Shown here piece after piece: positions 42,868 through 53,274 of a stretch of 64,000 nt of DNA. A program made the position numbers and the translations under genes. Below the pieces are notes generated by a model. The model was not told the origin of the DNA and did not search any database. It saw nothing but the letters and a program-made list of their open reading frames with translations. Origin of the DNA: Shigella phage ESh28. The stretch lies in the sequence record ON528738; one strand, 5' to 3'. Positions within the stretch are counted from its first letter, which is position 1, and each line of letters begins with the position of its first letter.

Positions 42868-43158
42868 ATGAAATCTTCTTTGCGCTTTTTAGGTCAAGAA
42901 CTCGTCGTTGAAGGCGTTATTCCCGCTGATAACGCTTTCAATGAAGCAGTTTACGATGAATTTATCAAAATTTTTGGAACAGATAAAAAGTTCGGAATTT
43001 TTCCTTCTGAAAATTTTTCAAAGCCAGAACAGACTGAAAGTATTTTTCAGGGTGTAGTAACAGGTAAATTTGAGTCAGAAGCTCCGGTAAAAATTGAGGT
43101 TTATATTGAAGAAACCTCTGTTGCTTCAGTTGCTGCTTTTATTTCATTCCGTAAATAA
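42868..43158 (+). CDS. hypothetical protein (96 aa)
   Basis: ATG with GAGGA SD; preceded by promoter-in-hairpin element. Confidence 0.45.
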   Translation: MKSSLRFLGQELVVEGVIPADNAFNEAVYDEFIKIFGTDKKFGIFPSENFSKPEQTESIFQGVVTGKFESEAPVKIEVYIEETSVASVAAFISFRK

Positions 43159-43162
43159 AAAC

Positions 43163-43184
43163 ATGGGGACCTTTCGGTCCCCAT
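43163..43184. terminator. bidirectional terminator between convergent ORF 42868-43158 and gene 54
   Basis: ATGGGGACC-TTTC-GGTCCCCAT perfect 9-bp stem. Confidence 0.6.
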
Positions 43185-43186
43185 TG

Positions 43187-44152
43187 TTATATTGCTCCTA
43201 ATATTTTACTTTGCGAGTTGACAATTCCTGTCATAGTATTAATATTTGAAATGCTTCCTGCAGTTCCCCCTAATCTACTAAGTCGTGAAAGCGAATTAGA
43301 TAGTCCAGTAACACCTCCACTATTTCCGAGAACGCTTTGAATACCATTTATAGTAGCAGATTCAAGCCATTCAAGGGCAGCTTGTCTATCAACTGCTCCA
43401 GCCTGCATGACTCTATAAGCGAAAGTAACATCAAATGTAGTTATTTGGTTATCTCCATCATATGATAACTCAGGAGCACTCACAGATATTGGAATACAGC
43501 CAGTGAACATCACCGCAGTATGTGGTAATCCATTGCGAGAATGAAGATTAACCTGAATATCTGCCTCGACATCTTGTGGTAAAGCACGCAATCCAGTTAC
43601 TGGGTCTTGAACAGCGTTAACCCAGTCTTGCATTGCACGATAGTTACAAGCTTCTGAATCCATTCTAAATGAAATAACCAAAGGGTCTAATTCTCTCCCA
43701 GTTATACGAATATTAGGAGAGTTGTAGTTCCAGTCAGTTTCATAGGATAATCTATTCTCTGGCATTTTTACAGAGTATATCATCAATCCAGATGAGTTAT
43801 ATGCCATGTTAAAGAAGTCAATTAAATATGTACCAACTGTAAATGAGCCTAATAAACTTTGAACTGTACGTTGACTCATGGCACCAATAAGATATTTACT
43901 AACCCCTGATTTTCTTATCAGTTTTTGTGTGCCAGCTGTAATTAGCGTGGTAATTCCCTGATTAATATCACCTTGAGTTAATCCTAGCCAATCTGAACTT
44001 AGGCCCAAGTTATTATAAGAAAAGTTGCTAATTGAACTTATCAACGAAGAGCTTTTAGTTGATGGAGTTGTTGCAAAAACGCAGCTAAACATATTATTAC
44101 GTTGGAAATCTGCGTTTATTGCTTGATTATTAAATTCCTCTAAAGAATACAT
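43187..44152 (-). CDS. 54: gp54 baseplate tail-tube initiator
   Basis: 321 aa; synteny 54-48-29; recalled T4 gp54. Confidence 0.85.
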   Translation of the reverse strand: MYSLEEFNNQAINADFQRNNMFSCVFATTPSTKSSSLISSISNFSYNNLGLSSDWLGLTQGDINQGITTLITAGTQKLIRKSGVSKYLIGAMSQRTVQSLLGSFTVGTYLIDFFNMAYNSSGLMIYSVKMPENRLSYETDWNYNSPNIRITGRELDPLVISFRMDSEACNYRAMQDWVNAVQDPVTGLRALPQDVEADIQVNLHSRNGLPHTAVMFTGCIPISVSAPELSYDGDNQITTFDVTFAYRVMQAGAVDRQAALEWLESATINGIQSVLGNSGGVTGLSNSLSRLSRLGGTAGSISNINTMTGIVNSQSKILGAI

Positions 44153-45246
44153 TAAAAAGTCCCCGCATATAAAGAAGCACGATTTAACGTGATAATTTCT
44201 CTCATAGTAATCTCAAGAGTAAATGTACTAGGGAGGTTTGGAGCAATAGCTAATCCGTTAAAATTACCATTCGGAGTTTTATCAAATCTAATACTTTGAA
44301 TTTGACACGGTCCAAACACTTCTGTTTTTCCGTCAAATTTAGAAGTTGCGCCAAAGTTTTTAACCATCCAAATTGTCGGGTTTGAAACTACAAGAACGTT
44401 AGTTAAACTCGATGTCATTTTCTCAAATAACGTCTTATTTTTAACTGCATCTTCTGGAGTTAATGGCTCAATAAAAGTAGAGCGATACCACTCATCTAGA
44501 TATCCTTTTATTTCAGCAGCATATTGAGATTTACCCGTTTCACCATAAGAAAAATAGTTAAAATATTGATAGATATTAATAATAGCCATTAAATCTTCTG
44601 TGGAACGTGGAGTCAAATCCCATGTAAACACTTTAGTTCTATTTTCAGCGCCACCATACATACTTCTGGCTGTCGTATAAATCTGTTCATTATTATCAGC
44701 CATTATACCTTGTGTTATACTTTCCAGTGCCCCAAATACTGCAGTTGAAGCAATATTACTTAGCACACCAGTAGCAGTACCTCCGCCTCTACTGATAAGG
44801 CTTTCTTGAACATCGTTAAATCTATGCGATGATGTGTCAACATCAGATTTAGATCTCGGTAAAAGAATATTTGCAACAGGGGCTTTACTTATTGTTCCTG
44901 AATTATTATCTGATATTAATCCATTTGACAGTTTTGATACTGTATTACTGATAGTGTTTCTGGCTGTACGTAAAATACTCGAAGATGAAGAAGAGTAGTT
45001 AGATCTCATCGATCTAAGACTTCCAGAATCCCTAGATGACATATTGTATGCAGTAAATAATAATCCATTCTTATATAGATCTGTTACCTGGAAGTCCCCT
45101 GTAGTGTCATTACCACTAGCACGCCCAGTTGGAAACTGGGCTGTGTATGTTTTAGTTCCTACTTCTGATTTAGTACTCTGTCCGGCTGAAATTTTCTCAC
45201 CGGACTTTTTAATTAAATCAGCAGTTATTTCTTTAACAATTGCCAT
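44152..45246 (-). CDS. 48: gp48 baseplate tail-tube cap
   Basis: 364 aa (T4 gp48 length); synteny. Confidence 0.85.
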   Translation of the reverse strand: MAIVKEITADLIKKSGEKISAGQSTKSEVGTKTYTAQFPTGRASGNDTTGDFQVTDLYKNGLLFTAYNMSSRDSGSLRSMRSNYSSSSSSILRTARNTISNTVSKLSNGLISDNNSGTISKAPVANILLPRSKSDVDTSSHRFNDVQESLISRGGGTATGVLSNIASTAVFGALESITQGIMADNNEQIYTTARSMYGGAENRTKVFTWDLTPRSTEDLMAIINIYQYFNYFSYGETGKSQYAAEIKGYLDEWYRSTFIEPLTPEDAVKNKTLFEKMTSSLTNVLVVSNPTIWMVKNFGATSKFDGKTEVFGPCQIQSIRFDKTPNGNFNGLAIAPNLPSTFTLEITMREIITLNRASLYAGTF

Positions 45247-45254
45247 ATTATTCC

Positions 45255-47027
45255 TTAATTAACTCCAGTCGCGCCAAATACACCAGGAGCAGTTGTGCTC
45301 GTTACGGGTGTCATATTATGAACGACAGTATTTTTCTTAATAACATTATTAGTATTATTGATCGAAGGAGATGCTTGTTGAACAGGAGCTTGCTGTGCTT
45401 TGTTCTTTTCTATTACCTGGACTTGTTTTGCTTCTGGCGATTTAGCAGAAGTTTCAGGTTTGGCATTAGGCTGATTTTTCTTGAGCTCTTGATAAGTAGC
45501 ATCAATTTTAGAAAATCTAGCAGCAAGTTCTTTTTTAACTGCCGGTGAATTATTTAAATCCGGGTCATCCATCCGTTTTTTAAGGTCTTCATAGGCAGCT
45601 TCAACTGATTTAACTGTTGAGTCTTTACTCATATCAGCTGAATCAGCATATTTTTCAAAACGAATCATCGCGGCACGGGCTTCATTAGCCTTCATTAAAG
45701 CATTTTTTCTTTCTTCTGGTGAAAGCTGCTTTAATTTTTCTTCTTCTGCTGCGCGTTCTTCATCAGTTGTCAATGCTTCTTTATTATCAACACCACGAAT
45801 CCAGTTAGATGCACGAGTTTTCCAGTTCGCAATTTTGTCTAGTCCTTCTGCTATCGGACCAAGGTCTCCATTCATTCGTTTATCTTGATAATTCGCAACT
45901 TTTTCCTGGTCTTCTTTATTGAGAGATGCTCCAGTAGAATTTTGGAAATTTTCCAGTGCTCTTCCTTCTACTTCGTCAGCAGTATCTTTCATACCAGGAA
46001 TAACTCGAAGAATTGCTGCTGATAATTTAGCCATTCCAAGCTGAATAAGTTCTCCTAAATTATAAAGAACCTTTCCAAGCCCTTCTACAATAGCTACCGT
46101 CAAACCGCCCCAATCTCCCGCTTCCCAGAACTTTTTAATTTCATCAATAGATTCAAAGATGCTCTGTAATAAAGGACCCCAAGTTCCGGTTTCGCTTGAA
46201 AAAGTTTTAAAATCAGTGCTAAACAAATCCCAGGCTTTTGAAAATTTATCTGACCAATATTTAAAATGAACCATCAGTAGGTCTATTCCAATAACAACAG
46301 CCATTATTAATGCAACCATTTTAGCAGCTTCAATAGCAGCACTGACAGTATACTTAAATAGCATGCTTGATATTTTATCAGTAATTGAAATGGATTTCTT
46401 AAATCCAAAATCAACTGTCTTTGTTAATTTATCTAAAGCTTGAGATAATTTTAAGTTAAATGCGTCTTTTTTCTGTTTTTCTTCTGGAGATTCTTGTTTA
46501 GGTTCAACTGGCTGAGGGGTAGGGAAAAAATCAGCATCAGGATCATTATTAACTGCTTCAGGAGCTGGTAATAAAGGACCCACAGATTCAGCTGTATCAT
46601 CCTCAACAACTTTAACAGGAATAGCATTTTCGACTACTGCTAAACTCGTTCCAGTCTGTTGAATTCCAGCTGTCTGAATTTTTTGTTCTAATAAACTCGT
46701 TAATTTATCTAATTTGCTTCCGAGTGATTCACCGATTTCTTTATTAATATTGTTGCCAATTTCAACAGTCTCGGCAATTAACTCAGAACCTGCGGTAGTA
46801 TCACTCACTGCGCTTTCAACGTTATCAATTGCTCCAACTATTTCATTTGATTTTTCTTCAACAGTTTGAGCTATTAATTCAGAGGCAGCTTGAGCATCAT
46901 CCAATTTCGTAGATATATCGTTAAGTCCAGATAAAGTGTTGGAAGCGGATTTAGCCGCTTCCTGTGTTGGTTTATTATCTGAAATAACTTTTCTGCGCAT
47001 CGTTTGCATTTCTTGTGGCTTTTTCAT
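45255..47027 (-). CDS. 29: gp29 tail-length tape measure / baseplate hub protein
   Basis: 590 aa (T4 gp29 length); synteny. Confidence 0.85.
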   Translation of the reverse strand: MKKPQEMQTMRRKVISDNKPTQEAAKSASNTLSGLNDISTKLDDAQAASELIAQTVEEKSNEIVGAIDNVESAVSDTTAGSELIAETVEIGNNINKEIGESLGSKLDKLTSLLEQKIQTAGIQQTGTSLAVVENAIPVKVVEDDTAESVGPLLPAPEAVNNDPDADFFPTPQPVEPKQESPEEKQKKDAFNLKLSQALDKLTKTVDFGFKKSISITDKISSMLFKYTVSAAIEAAKMVALIMAVVIGIDLLMVHFKYWSDKFSKAWDLFSTDFKTFSSETGTWGPLLQSIFESIDEIKKFWEAGDWGGLTVAIVEGLGKVLYNLGELIQLGMAKLSAAILRVIPGMKDTADEVEGRALENFQNSTGASLNKEDQEKVANYQDKRMNGDLGPIAEGLDKIANWKTRASNWIRGVDNKEALTTDEERAAEEEKLKQLSPEERKNALMKANEARAAMIRFEKYADSADMSKDSTVKSVEAAYEDLKKRMDDPDLNNSPAVKKELAARFSKIDATYQELKKNQPNAKPETSAKSPEAKQVQVIEKNKAQQAPVQQASPSINNTNNVIKKNTVVHNMTPVTSTTAPGVFGATGVN

Positions 47028-47557
47028 TCAAATAATCCAATAATATTTCCAATTCCAGTTATTGGACCATTAGGGCCAGGAATTGCTAAAGTTGTAAAAA
47101 TATCGTTTGCCCATTTTAAAACGAATGCTGGCATCTCAAGAAAATTAATTTCTTTAACTTCATCGTTGACCTTAAGCAAGCATTTGGATAACATATCGCT
47201 CACCGTTAAAAATTGTTCAAATTTTCCAGGAGGTCTAAAATAAAATGTATTTCCTTGGTATTGAAATTCTAATCTTTGACACACATAAACATCATTAATG
47301 TCATAAGCATAACCATCTATTTCTTTACGAGATTTAATCTTTCCATTAAATTCCAATAAATGAATAGAAACGAAATCAACTTCTGCCGGTGATAAATTCG
47401 GACAAATAGAATCAATAAGAAGTTTTAAATTTTCATCAGGACCTTTAACATCTTTTAAAATGTTATAATGTTTAAGACCCATTTTAGGAATAGAAACTTC
47501 TTTATTGCTTATTGGAAGAACTACTTTCTTCAGTGGTAGTATCAGATTTAAATTCAT
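47024..47557 (-). CDS. 28: gp28 baseplate hub distal subunit
   Basis: 177 aa (T4 gp28 length); N-terminus overlaps gene 27 by 56 nt. Confidence 0.75.
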   Translation of the reverse strand: MNLNLILPLKKVVLPISNKEVSIPKMGLKHYNILKDVKGPDENLKLLIDSICPNLSPAEVDFVSIHLLEFNGKIKSRKEIDGYAYDINDVYVCQRLEFQYQGNTFYFRPPGKFEQFLTVSDMLSKCLLKVNDEVKEINFLEMPAFVLKWANDIFTTLAIPGPNGPITGIGNIIGLFE

Positions 47558-48677
47558 TTTTAACCTTAACTGGGTCTATTGTTTCCAGTTTCGTTGCATT
47601 AGTGAACATATATAGATGAGTTATTGAATTATTATTGGATAATTCATGGATAACTTCATCAACGTAAAATTCTGTTTTAAATTGGTTTTTACTATCATTA
47701 AAAATAATTTTAACACCAGGAGTCAAGTTAAAATTACCGACAGTAGAACATTTAGCATAGCCATCATATTGCGCCATAGTTTGAAGACGAATAGCTTCTT
47801 CATATCCATTCCTATAAGTCATTTCAGAATAAGCACCTGACCTTGACACTACAATAGAGTTTTCTCCTTTTCCTGTAGTAATCATTGGCAATGAAGAATC
47901 TAAAAATGAATGCGCGTAGATAGTAGCGTTTTTCATTGGGTCACGTTTGTGAGGATTCGATTTAGTCAACCAAACGAAATCATATGCTAATGGGTATTTT
48001 AATTCTTGGATGAATTGACCTATTAAAGATGGCTCGCCGACAATCATTGGATATGGTTCTTGATTTATCATCATATCATAGTCCATCATGTTAACTCCCA
48101 TGATGTCTTGCCATACAAATACAAATTTGTCGCTTCCTACAGCTAGAGCAACTTCTCTTACATATGACAAATAGTTTTCAAATGTGCTAGTCCATGGAAT
48201 ATCAGGAACATAAGCATTTATAGCATTTATTGCTGGAGTTAATAACGTGCGATCCTGATAAATGACACCAAGCATTTCTTTTATAGATTCACCTGCATCA
48301 GGGAAAAATGGTCTACCAAATTTAAGATTTTCTATAGAATGAATAGTTCCCAATTCAATAGCAATGATGTTATCACCTTTTGAATCTACTGACACGGAAA
48401 AATGCTTACATCCATAAATTCGTGTTTTAACATTATTAATATCGTTTGCATTAGCTACAGAAATTTGAATTATTTCATTTCCATCCATTTTTGTGTGGAT
48501 ATTTTTAGAATCATAAAACTGCAGCATTCCTTCATTTCGTCCATAAAGAGAATCCCGCATAGTTAATGTGGTAATAGTAGCAGCTAATTCAACAAATCTA
48601 TTATTACTCCAAGCGTCGTAGCTATCAAATAATTTAACGCTGAGATTTGGATATCCGGGGCGTTGCAACATACTCAT
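47502..48677 (-). CDS. 27: gp27 baseplate hub subunit
   Basis: 391 aa (T4 gp27 length); synteny. Confidence 0.85.
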   Translation of the reverse strand: MSMLQRPGYPNLSVKLFDSYDAWSNNRFVELAATITTLTMRDSLYGRNEGMLQFYDSKNIHTKMDGNEIIQISVANANDINNVKTRIYGCKHFSVSVDSKGDNIIAIELGTIHSIENLKFGRPFFPDAGESIKEMLGVIYQDRTLLTPAINAINAYVPDIPWTSTFENYLSYVREVALAVGSDKFVFVWQDIMGVNMMDYDMMINQEPYPMIVGEPSLIGQFIQELKYPLAYDFVWLTKSNPHKRDPMKNATIYAHSFLDSSLPMITTGKGENSIVVSRSGAYSEMTYRNGYEEAIRLQTMAQYDGYAKCSTVGNFNLTPGVKIIFNDSKNQFKTEFYVDEVIHELSNNNSITHLYMFTNATKLETIDPVKVKNEFKSDTTTEESSSSNKQ

Positions 48678-49426
48678 TATTGTTTATCCTTCTCAATCAG
48701 TTTTAATACGAATCCGCGCTCGGCAGGAATCATTTTCATTATTGAATTTAAGCTATAATTACTTTTTACAAGTGTGTGATTAATTTGATAAAAAGTAAAT
48801 ATTTCATCTGGGTTAACTAATAGCTTAAACACATCTACTATATCAGTGTATTTTTTAATGTACTTATTACAGCATGACATATGTAGAGTTAAATTAATAG
48901 GATTCATTGCATCGAGAATTTTTTCTAATGTTTCTATCTCGATGGCATCAACAAGTTCTATTTGACTTGATTCGCTAATTTCCTTCCAATCATACCATAT
49001 TTCATCTACTTGAACAGAATGAATATTTTCAGTAATCATCTTTGCTTTATTTTCATAAAACTCAGAAGGAAACTTTAATTTAATTTTAACATTAGCTACA
49101 TCAAAAACAGGTTCCTTTAATTCTTTTTGATATATTTCAAATGGAACTGTCTTTTCTTTTTTACATTTTGGACATACAAATGTGACCGGTACTTTTGTTT
49201 TACCTATTGACCCTACAAATACCTGCAAAAATATAAATGGCTGCCAAGTCTTCGGATAGTCTCCAAAATAATCGGCAATTAAATCAGCAATTATTTCTTT
49301 TTGTTCTTGTGGTGACCGATGTTCTATATCGTTTCGAACTAACAAAAAATCTCGATAATCTTCTACCGTAAATGGTTTAAAACGATGAACACCATCTGGT
49401 AATTTACAGCGAATAATGTTTGCCAT
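48677..49426 (-). CDS. 51: gp51 baseplate hub assembly catalyst
   Basis: 249 aa (T4 gp51 length); divergent from gene 26 across a late-promoter palindrome. Confidence 0.8.
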   Translation of the reverse strand: MANIIRCKLPDGVHRFKPFTVEDYRDFLLVRNDIEHRSPQEQKEIIADLIADYFGDYPKTWQPFIFLQVFVGSIGKTKVPVTFVCPKCKKEKTVPFEIYQKELKEPVFDVANVKIKLKFPSEFYENKAKMITENIHSVQVDEIWYDWKEISESSQIELVDAIEIETLEKILDAMNPINLTLHMSCCNKYIKKYTDIVDVFKLLVNPDEIFTFYQINHTLVKSNYSLNSIMKMIPAERGFVLKLIEKDKQ

Positions 49427-49443
49427 AGATGCTCCTTTTATTC

Positions 49444-49451
49444 TATTTATA
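49444..49451 (-). promoter_or_regulatory. late promoter (TATAAATA) for gene 51
   Basis: Minus-strand TATAAATA; part of palindromic TATTTATAAATA. Confidence 0.6.
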
Positions 49452-49455
49452 AATA
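49448..49455 (+). promoter_or_regulatory. late promoter (TATAAATA) for gene 26
   Basis: Exact TATAAATA 22 nt upstream of gene 26 ATG. Confidence 0.65.
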
Positions 49456-49476
49456 TGATAAATAAAGGAGCTAAAT

Positions 49477-50103
49477 ATGTATGAATACAAATTTGATGTG
49501 AGAGTTGGTTCTAAAATAATCAATTGTCGCGCATTCACGCTTAAAGAATATCTAGAACTTATTACTGCCAAAAATAATGGTTCTGTAGAAGTAATTGTTA
49601 AAAAGCTAATCAAAGACTGCACAAATGCAAAAGATTTAAACCGCCAAGAATCAGAACTATTGTTGATTCATTTATGGGCACATTCTCTCGGCGAAGTTAA
49701 TCACGAAAACTCCTGGAAGTGCACCTGTGGAACTGAAATACCGACCCATATAAATCTATTACATACACAAATAGATGCACCAGAAGACCTCTGGTATACA
49801 CTGGGTGACATTAAAATTAAGTTCCATTACCCTAAAATTTTTGATGATAAAAACATAGCCAACATGATAGTATCATGTATAGAAACGATTCATGCTAACG
49901 GTGAAAGCATTCCAATTGAAGACTTAAATGAAAAAGAGTTGGAAGATTTATATTCTATCATCACAGAGTCAGATATTGTAGCTATAAAAGATATGCTTTT
50001 AAAGCCTACTGTTTATTTGGCTGTTCCAATTAAGTGTCCAGAGTGTGGAAAAACTCACGCTCATGTAATAAGAGGACTCAAAGAATTCTTTGAGCTATTG
50101 TAA
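49477..50103 (+). CDS. 26: gp26 baseplate hub subunit
   Basis: 208 aa; late promoter upstream. Confidence 0.8.
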   Translation: MYEYKFDVRVGSKIINCRAFTLKEYLELITAKNNGSVEVIVKKLIKDCTNAKDLNRQESELLLIHLWAHSLGEVNHENSWKCTCGTEIPTHINLLHTQIDAPEDLWYTLGDIKIKFHYPKIFDDKNIANMIVSCIETIHANGESIPIEDLNEKELEDLYSIITESDIVAIKDMLLKPTVYLAVPIKCPECGKTHAHVIRGLKEFFELL

Positions 50104-50501
50104 TGGCAAATATTAATAAGCTTTATTCTGACATTGACCCAGAAATGAAAATGGATTGGGACAAAGATGTTTCAAGATCTCTTGGATTAAGGTCAATTAA
50201 AAATAGCCTTTTAGGAATTATTACAACCAGGAAAGGGTCAAGGCCATTTGACCCAGAATTTGGATGTGATTTATCTGATCAGCTTTTTGAGAATATGACT
50301 CCTCTTACTGCTGATACTGTTGAGCGTAACATTGAAAGCGCAGTAAGAAACTACGAGCCACGTATTGATAAATTAGCAGTTAATGTAATACCGGTTTATG
50401 ATGATTATACTCTGATAGTAGAAATACGCTTTTCAGTCATCGATAACCCTGATGATATTGAGCAGATAAAACTACAACTAGCTTCCAGTAACAGAGTATA
50501 A
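50103..50501 (+). CDS. 25: gp25 baseplate wedge subunit
   Basis: 132 aa; ATG overlaps gene 26 stop. Confidence 0.85.
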   Translation: MANINKLYSDIDPEMKMDWDKDVSRSLGLRSIKNSLLGIITTRKGSRPFDPEFGCDLSDQLFENMTPLTADTVERNIESAVRNYEPRIDKLAVNVIPVYDDYTLIVEIRFSVIDNPDDIEQIKLQLASSNRV

Positions 50502-50527
50502 TGCTTCACGTATAAACGTGGTATAAT
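50502..50527 (+). promoter_or_regulatory. MotA-dependent middle promoter for uvsY
   Basis: MotA box TAATGCTTCA (TGCTTCA 50502-50508), 13-nt spacer, -10 TATAAT 50522-50527. Confidence 0.65.
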
Positions 50528-50567
50528 GAATCTAAGTCCATCCAATAACAATTGAATAGAGAACAAT

Positions 50568-50981
50568 ATGAAATTAGAAGATCTTCAAGAAGAATTGAAG
50601 AAAGATGTGTTTATAGATTCGACTAAATTACAGTATGAAGCAGCTAATAATGTGATGTTATATAGTAAATGGCTTAATAAGCATTCAAGTATTAAAAAGG
50701 AAATGCTTAGAATTGAAGCACAGAAAAAAGTTGCTCTTAAAGCTAAATTAGACTACTACTCGGGACGAGGAGATGGTGATGAATTTAGTATGGATCGTTA
50801 CGAGAAATCAGAAATGAAAACAGTTCTATCAGCTGATAAGGATGTTTTAAAGGTTGATACCTCGCTGCAGTATTGGGGGATTTTATTAGATTTCTGTAGT
50901 GGAGCTCTTGATGCTATTAAATCACGTGGATTTGCTATTAAGCATATTCAAGACATGCGAGCATTTGAGGCTGGAAAATAA
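50568..50981 (+). CDS. uvsY: UvsY recombination mediator
   Basis: 137 aa; MKLEDLQEELKKDVFIDSTKLQYEAANNVMLY; MotA-box middle promoter upstream. Confidence 0.85.
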   Translation: MKLEDLQEELKKDVFIDSTKLQYEAANNVMLYSKWLNKHSSIKKEMLRIEAQKKVALKAKLDYYSGRGDGDEFSMDRYEKSEMKTVLSADKDVLKVDTSLQYWGILLDFCSGALDAIKSRGFAIKHIQDMRAFEAGK

Positions 50982-51205
50982 TGAGATATAGCATTGATGA
51001 TGCTTTTAATTATGAAGAAGAATTTGAAACGGAAATTCAATTCTTAATGAAAAAGCATAATCTTAAGCGTCAGGATATTCGTATCCTGGCCGACCACCCA
51101 TGCGGTGAAGATGTACTTTATATTAAAGGAAAATTTGCCGGATATCTAGATGAATATTTTTATTCTAAAGATATGGGCATTGATATGCATATGAGAGTTA
51201 TATAA
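50981..51205 (+). CDS. hypothetical protein (74 aa), uvsY.-1 position
   Basis: ATG overlapping uvsY stop. Confidence 0.45.
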   Translation: MRYSIDDAFNYEEEFETEIQFLMKKHNLKRQDIRILADHPCGEDVLYIKGKFAGYLDEYFYSKDMGIDMHMRVI

Positions 51206-51208
51206 ATA
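51201..51208 (+). promoter_or_regulatory. late promoter (TATAAATA)
   Basis: Exact TATAAATA 26 nt upstream of the 55-aa ORF at 51234. Confidence 0.55.
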
Positions 51209-51233
51209 GATATATAATTTAGAGGAGACAATC

Positions 51234-51401
51234 ATGTCAGATAAGATTTGCGTTGTCTGTAAAACTCCAATCGATTCTGCATTGGTTGTTGAAACAGACA
51301 AAGGTCCTGTACATCCTGGGCCTTGTTATAATTACATTAAAGAACTACCAGTTTCAGAAAGTTCGGAAGAACAATTAAATGAAACACAACTTTTGCTATA
51401 G
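51234..51401 (+). CDS. hypothetical 55-aa Cys-containing protein, uvsY.-2 position
   Basis: Hand-found ORF MSDKICVVCKTPIDS...HPGPCYNY; SD AGAGGAG; late promoter 51201-51208 just upstream. Confidence 0.35.
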   Translation: MSDKICVVCKTPIDSALVVETDKGPVHPGPCYNYIKELPVSESSEEQLNETQLLL

Positions 51402-51456
51402 TGTGACCTTTAGTCTATAGTTTTGGCCCTTCCTTTTTGGTTGGGCCTTTTTTAAT

Positions 51457-51687
51457 TTAAAAGCTTTCTTCTACTTCATCGTCTGAATCTTCTAATTCAG
51501 CTCTTTTTCCTGCCAAAGCATCTCTGACTGAGATGTCATCAGTATCTTTTAATTCAGTTTCTTTAACTCTTTTCTTATAATAAGCTTCAAGTTCTTCTAG
51601 ACCTTCTATTGTTTGACAAGAGGCAATTTTACCCATAAATTCATCAATAGAAGCTTCATAAAGAAATTGTTTAAATTCTAGTAACAT
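51457..51687 (-). CDS. UvsW.1-like small protein
   Basis: 76 aa from ATG (MLLEFKQFLYEASIDEFMGK...), SD GGAG; track start 51699 is TTG. Confidence 0.6.
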   Translation of the reverse strand: MLLEFKQFLYEASIDEFMGKIASCQTIEGLEELEAYYKKRVKETELKDTDDISVRDALAGKRAELEDSDDEVEESF

Positions 51688-51712
51688 CTTTTTCTCCAAA
51701 GGGCCGAAGCCC

Positions 51713-53224
51713 TTATAAATTAACTGTTTTCATTACGTAATTAAATTTTTCATCTGCGTAGCGCTGAATACGATCAATGCCGTGTTTTAAAAGATAGTTC
51801 AAATGAACGTATTTCTTTTTCGTATTAGCAGATTTTGGCTTGACGCCTGCGTCATCTATAAGATCCCAGACTGTTGCGATTGTTTTAGAACCATGTTTAC
51901 GTAATACGCGACCTATTGTTTGCAATACAATAATTTTAGATTTAACACCGTGTGCTAAAACAACGTGATGCAGATTTTTAACTGAAATACCAGTAGAAAA
52001 TACACCATAACTAGCTACTATAATTATTCCTTTACCGTTTTCAGCTAAGGTTTTCATTATATTGCGGGTTTCGGTATCAACTTCCCCTGATACGTAATAA
52101 ACTTTATCGTATTCATTTTTAATTAAATCGAAAATAGCTTTACCGTGCGATACGTGTTTAAACATGACAAAAGCGTTTTCATCTTTTTGCGCAAGCTTAA
52201 TAGCTAATTTAGCGATCCATTTATTTCTTTTACTAAGCCCAGTAATAATTTTTATTTCTTCTTGATAAGTTTTTCCCTTTAATTTGGTAGTGAACTCATC
52301 AGGATAACGAAGAAAAATACTATTAATTTTTAGCTCAGTTACTTGTCCATCTTCCATTAACTTAGAAGTCGTTACTGGCTTAAATATTTCACCAAACATT
52401 CCAACATACTGCATGATATTGGCTTTGCCATCACGTAATGAACCAGACAAACCGAATTTGAACATGCAGTTATTTAAACCTGATATGATAGATGAAATAC
52501 TTTTTCCTGTAGCAAGATGGCATTCATCATTCATCATCATTCCAAACTGTGAGAACCATTCTTTTGGTTGTTTTACTACAGTTTGCCATGTACCAACAAC
52601 AACTGGTGCATCATTTTTATATTTATCATCTTTTGATGCTCCGCCACCAATTTTCTTTATCATTGCATGACTGAATAAACGATAGTCAACGAAGTCATCA
52701 GCCATCTGAGTTGTCAGAGCAGTTGTTGGAACAATGATAAGAATTTTACCTTCATAATTTTCCAAATAATATCGCGCAAGCAAAGCTTGAATTAACGATT
52801 TACCAGCGGATGTTGGAAGATTAAGAATTCTACGACGATTAACTAATCCTTCGAACACTGCATCTTTTTGATACCAGTGTGGTTCAATTCTTTTATTTCC
52901 TGAATAGATTTCTAATTTAGAAAGCCATTCATCAAAATCTTTTCTTGATAATTCTTCTTTTTCGTTAATTTGTGGGTCAATCCAGGCTTTATAGCCAAAG
53001 TTATCACAGAACTTTTTAATTTGCCCGACTAAGCCGAATGGAAGAAGACGATTATAATCTAACAGACGGATTCGTCCATCCCAGTGGCCATATCTGTACT
53101 TCGGATTAAAACGATACCCATCAGCTTCAAAGCTAAAGAAATCACGGAGTTCATGAAATGTACTTTCTTCACAATCAATTCTCACGTGACTAAAATCATA
53201 AAAATGTACTTTAATGTCAGTCAT
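51713..53224 (-). CDS. uvsW: UvsW RNA-DNA / DNA-DNA helicase
   Basis: 503 aa; helicase motifs (PTSAGKS Walker A; DECH box); recalled T4 UvsW. Confidence 0.85.
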   Translation of the reverse strand: MTDIKVHFYDFSHVRIDCEESTFHELRDFFSFEADGYRFNPKYRYGHWDGRIRLLDYNRLLPFGLVGQIKKFCDNFGYKAWIDPQINEKEELSRKDFDEWLSKLEIYSGNKRIEPHWYQKDAVFEGLVNRRRILNLPTSAGKSLIQALLARYYLENYEGKILIIVPTTALTTQMADDFVDYRLFSHAMIKKIGGGASKDDKYKNDAPVVVGTWQTVVKQPKEWFSQFGMMMNDECHLATGKSISSIISGLNNCMFKFGLSGSLRDGKANIMQYVGMFGEIFKPVTTSKLMEDGQVTELKINSIFLRYPDEFTTKLKGKTYQEEIKIITGLSKRNKWIAKLAIKLAQKDENAFVMFKHVSHGKAIFDLIKNEYDKVYYVSGEVDTETRNIMKTLAENGKGIIIVASYGVFSTGISVKNLHHVVLAHGVKSKIIVLQTIGRVLRKHGSKTIATVWDLIDDAGVKPKSANTKKKYVHLNYLLKHGIDRIQRYADEKFNYVMKTVNL

Positions 53225-53253
53225 GTCTAAATACCATGTAATAAATATATCTA

Positions 53254-53261
53254 TATTTATA
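53254..53261 (-). promoter_or_regulatory. late promoter (TATAAATA) for uvsW
   Basis: Minus-strand TATAAATA ~30 nt upstream of uvsW ATG. Confidence 0.6.
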
Positions 53262-53274
53262 CTGAGGAAATATT

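Noticed and set aside
53240-53247. Late promoter for inh on the plus strand (AATAAATA)
   Set aside because: Motif deviates from TATAAATA at the first base; only the minus-strand TATAAATA for uvsW was retained
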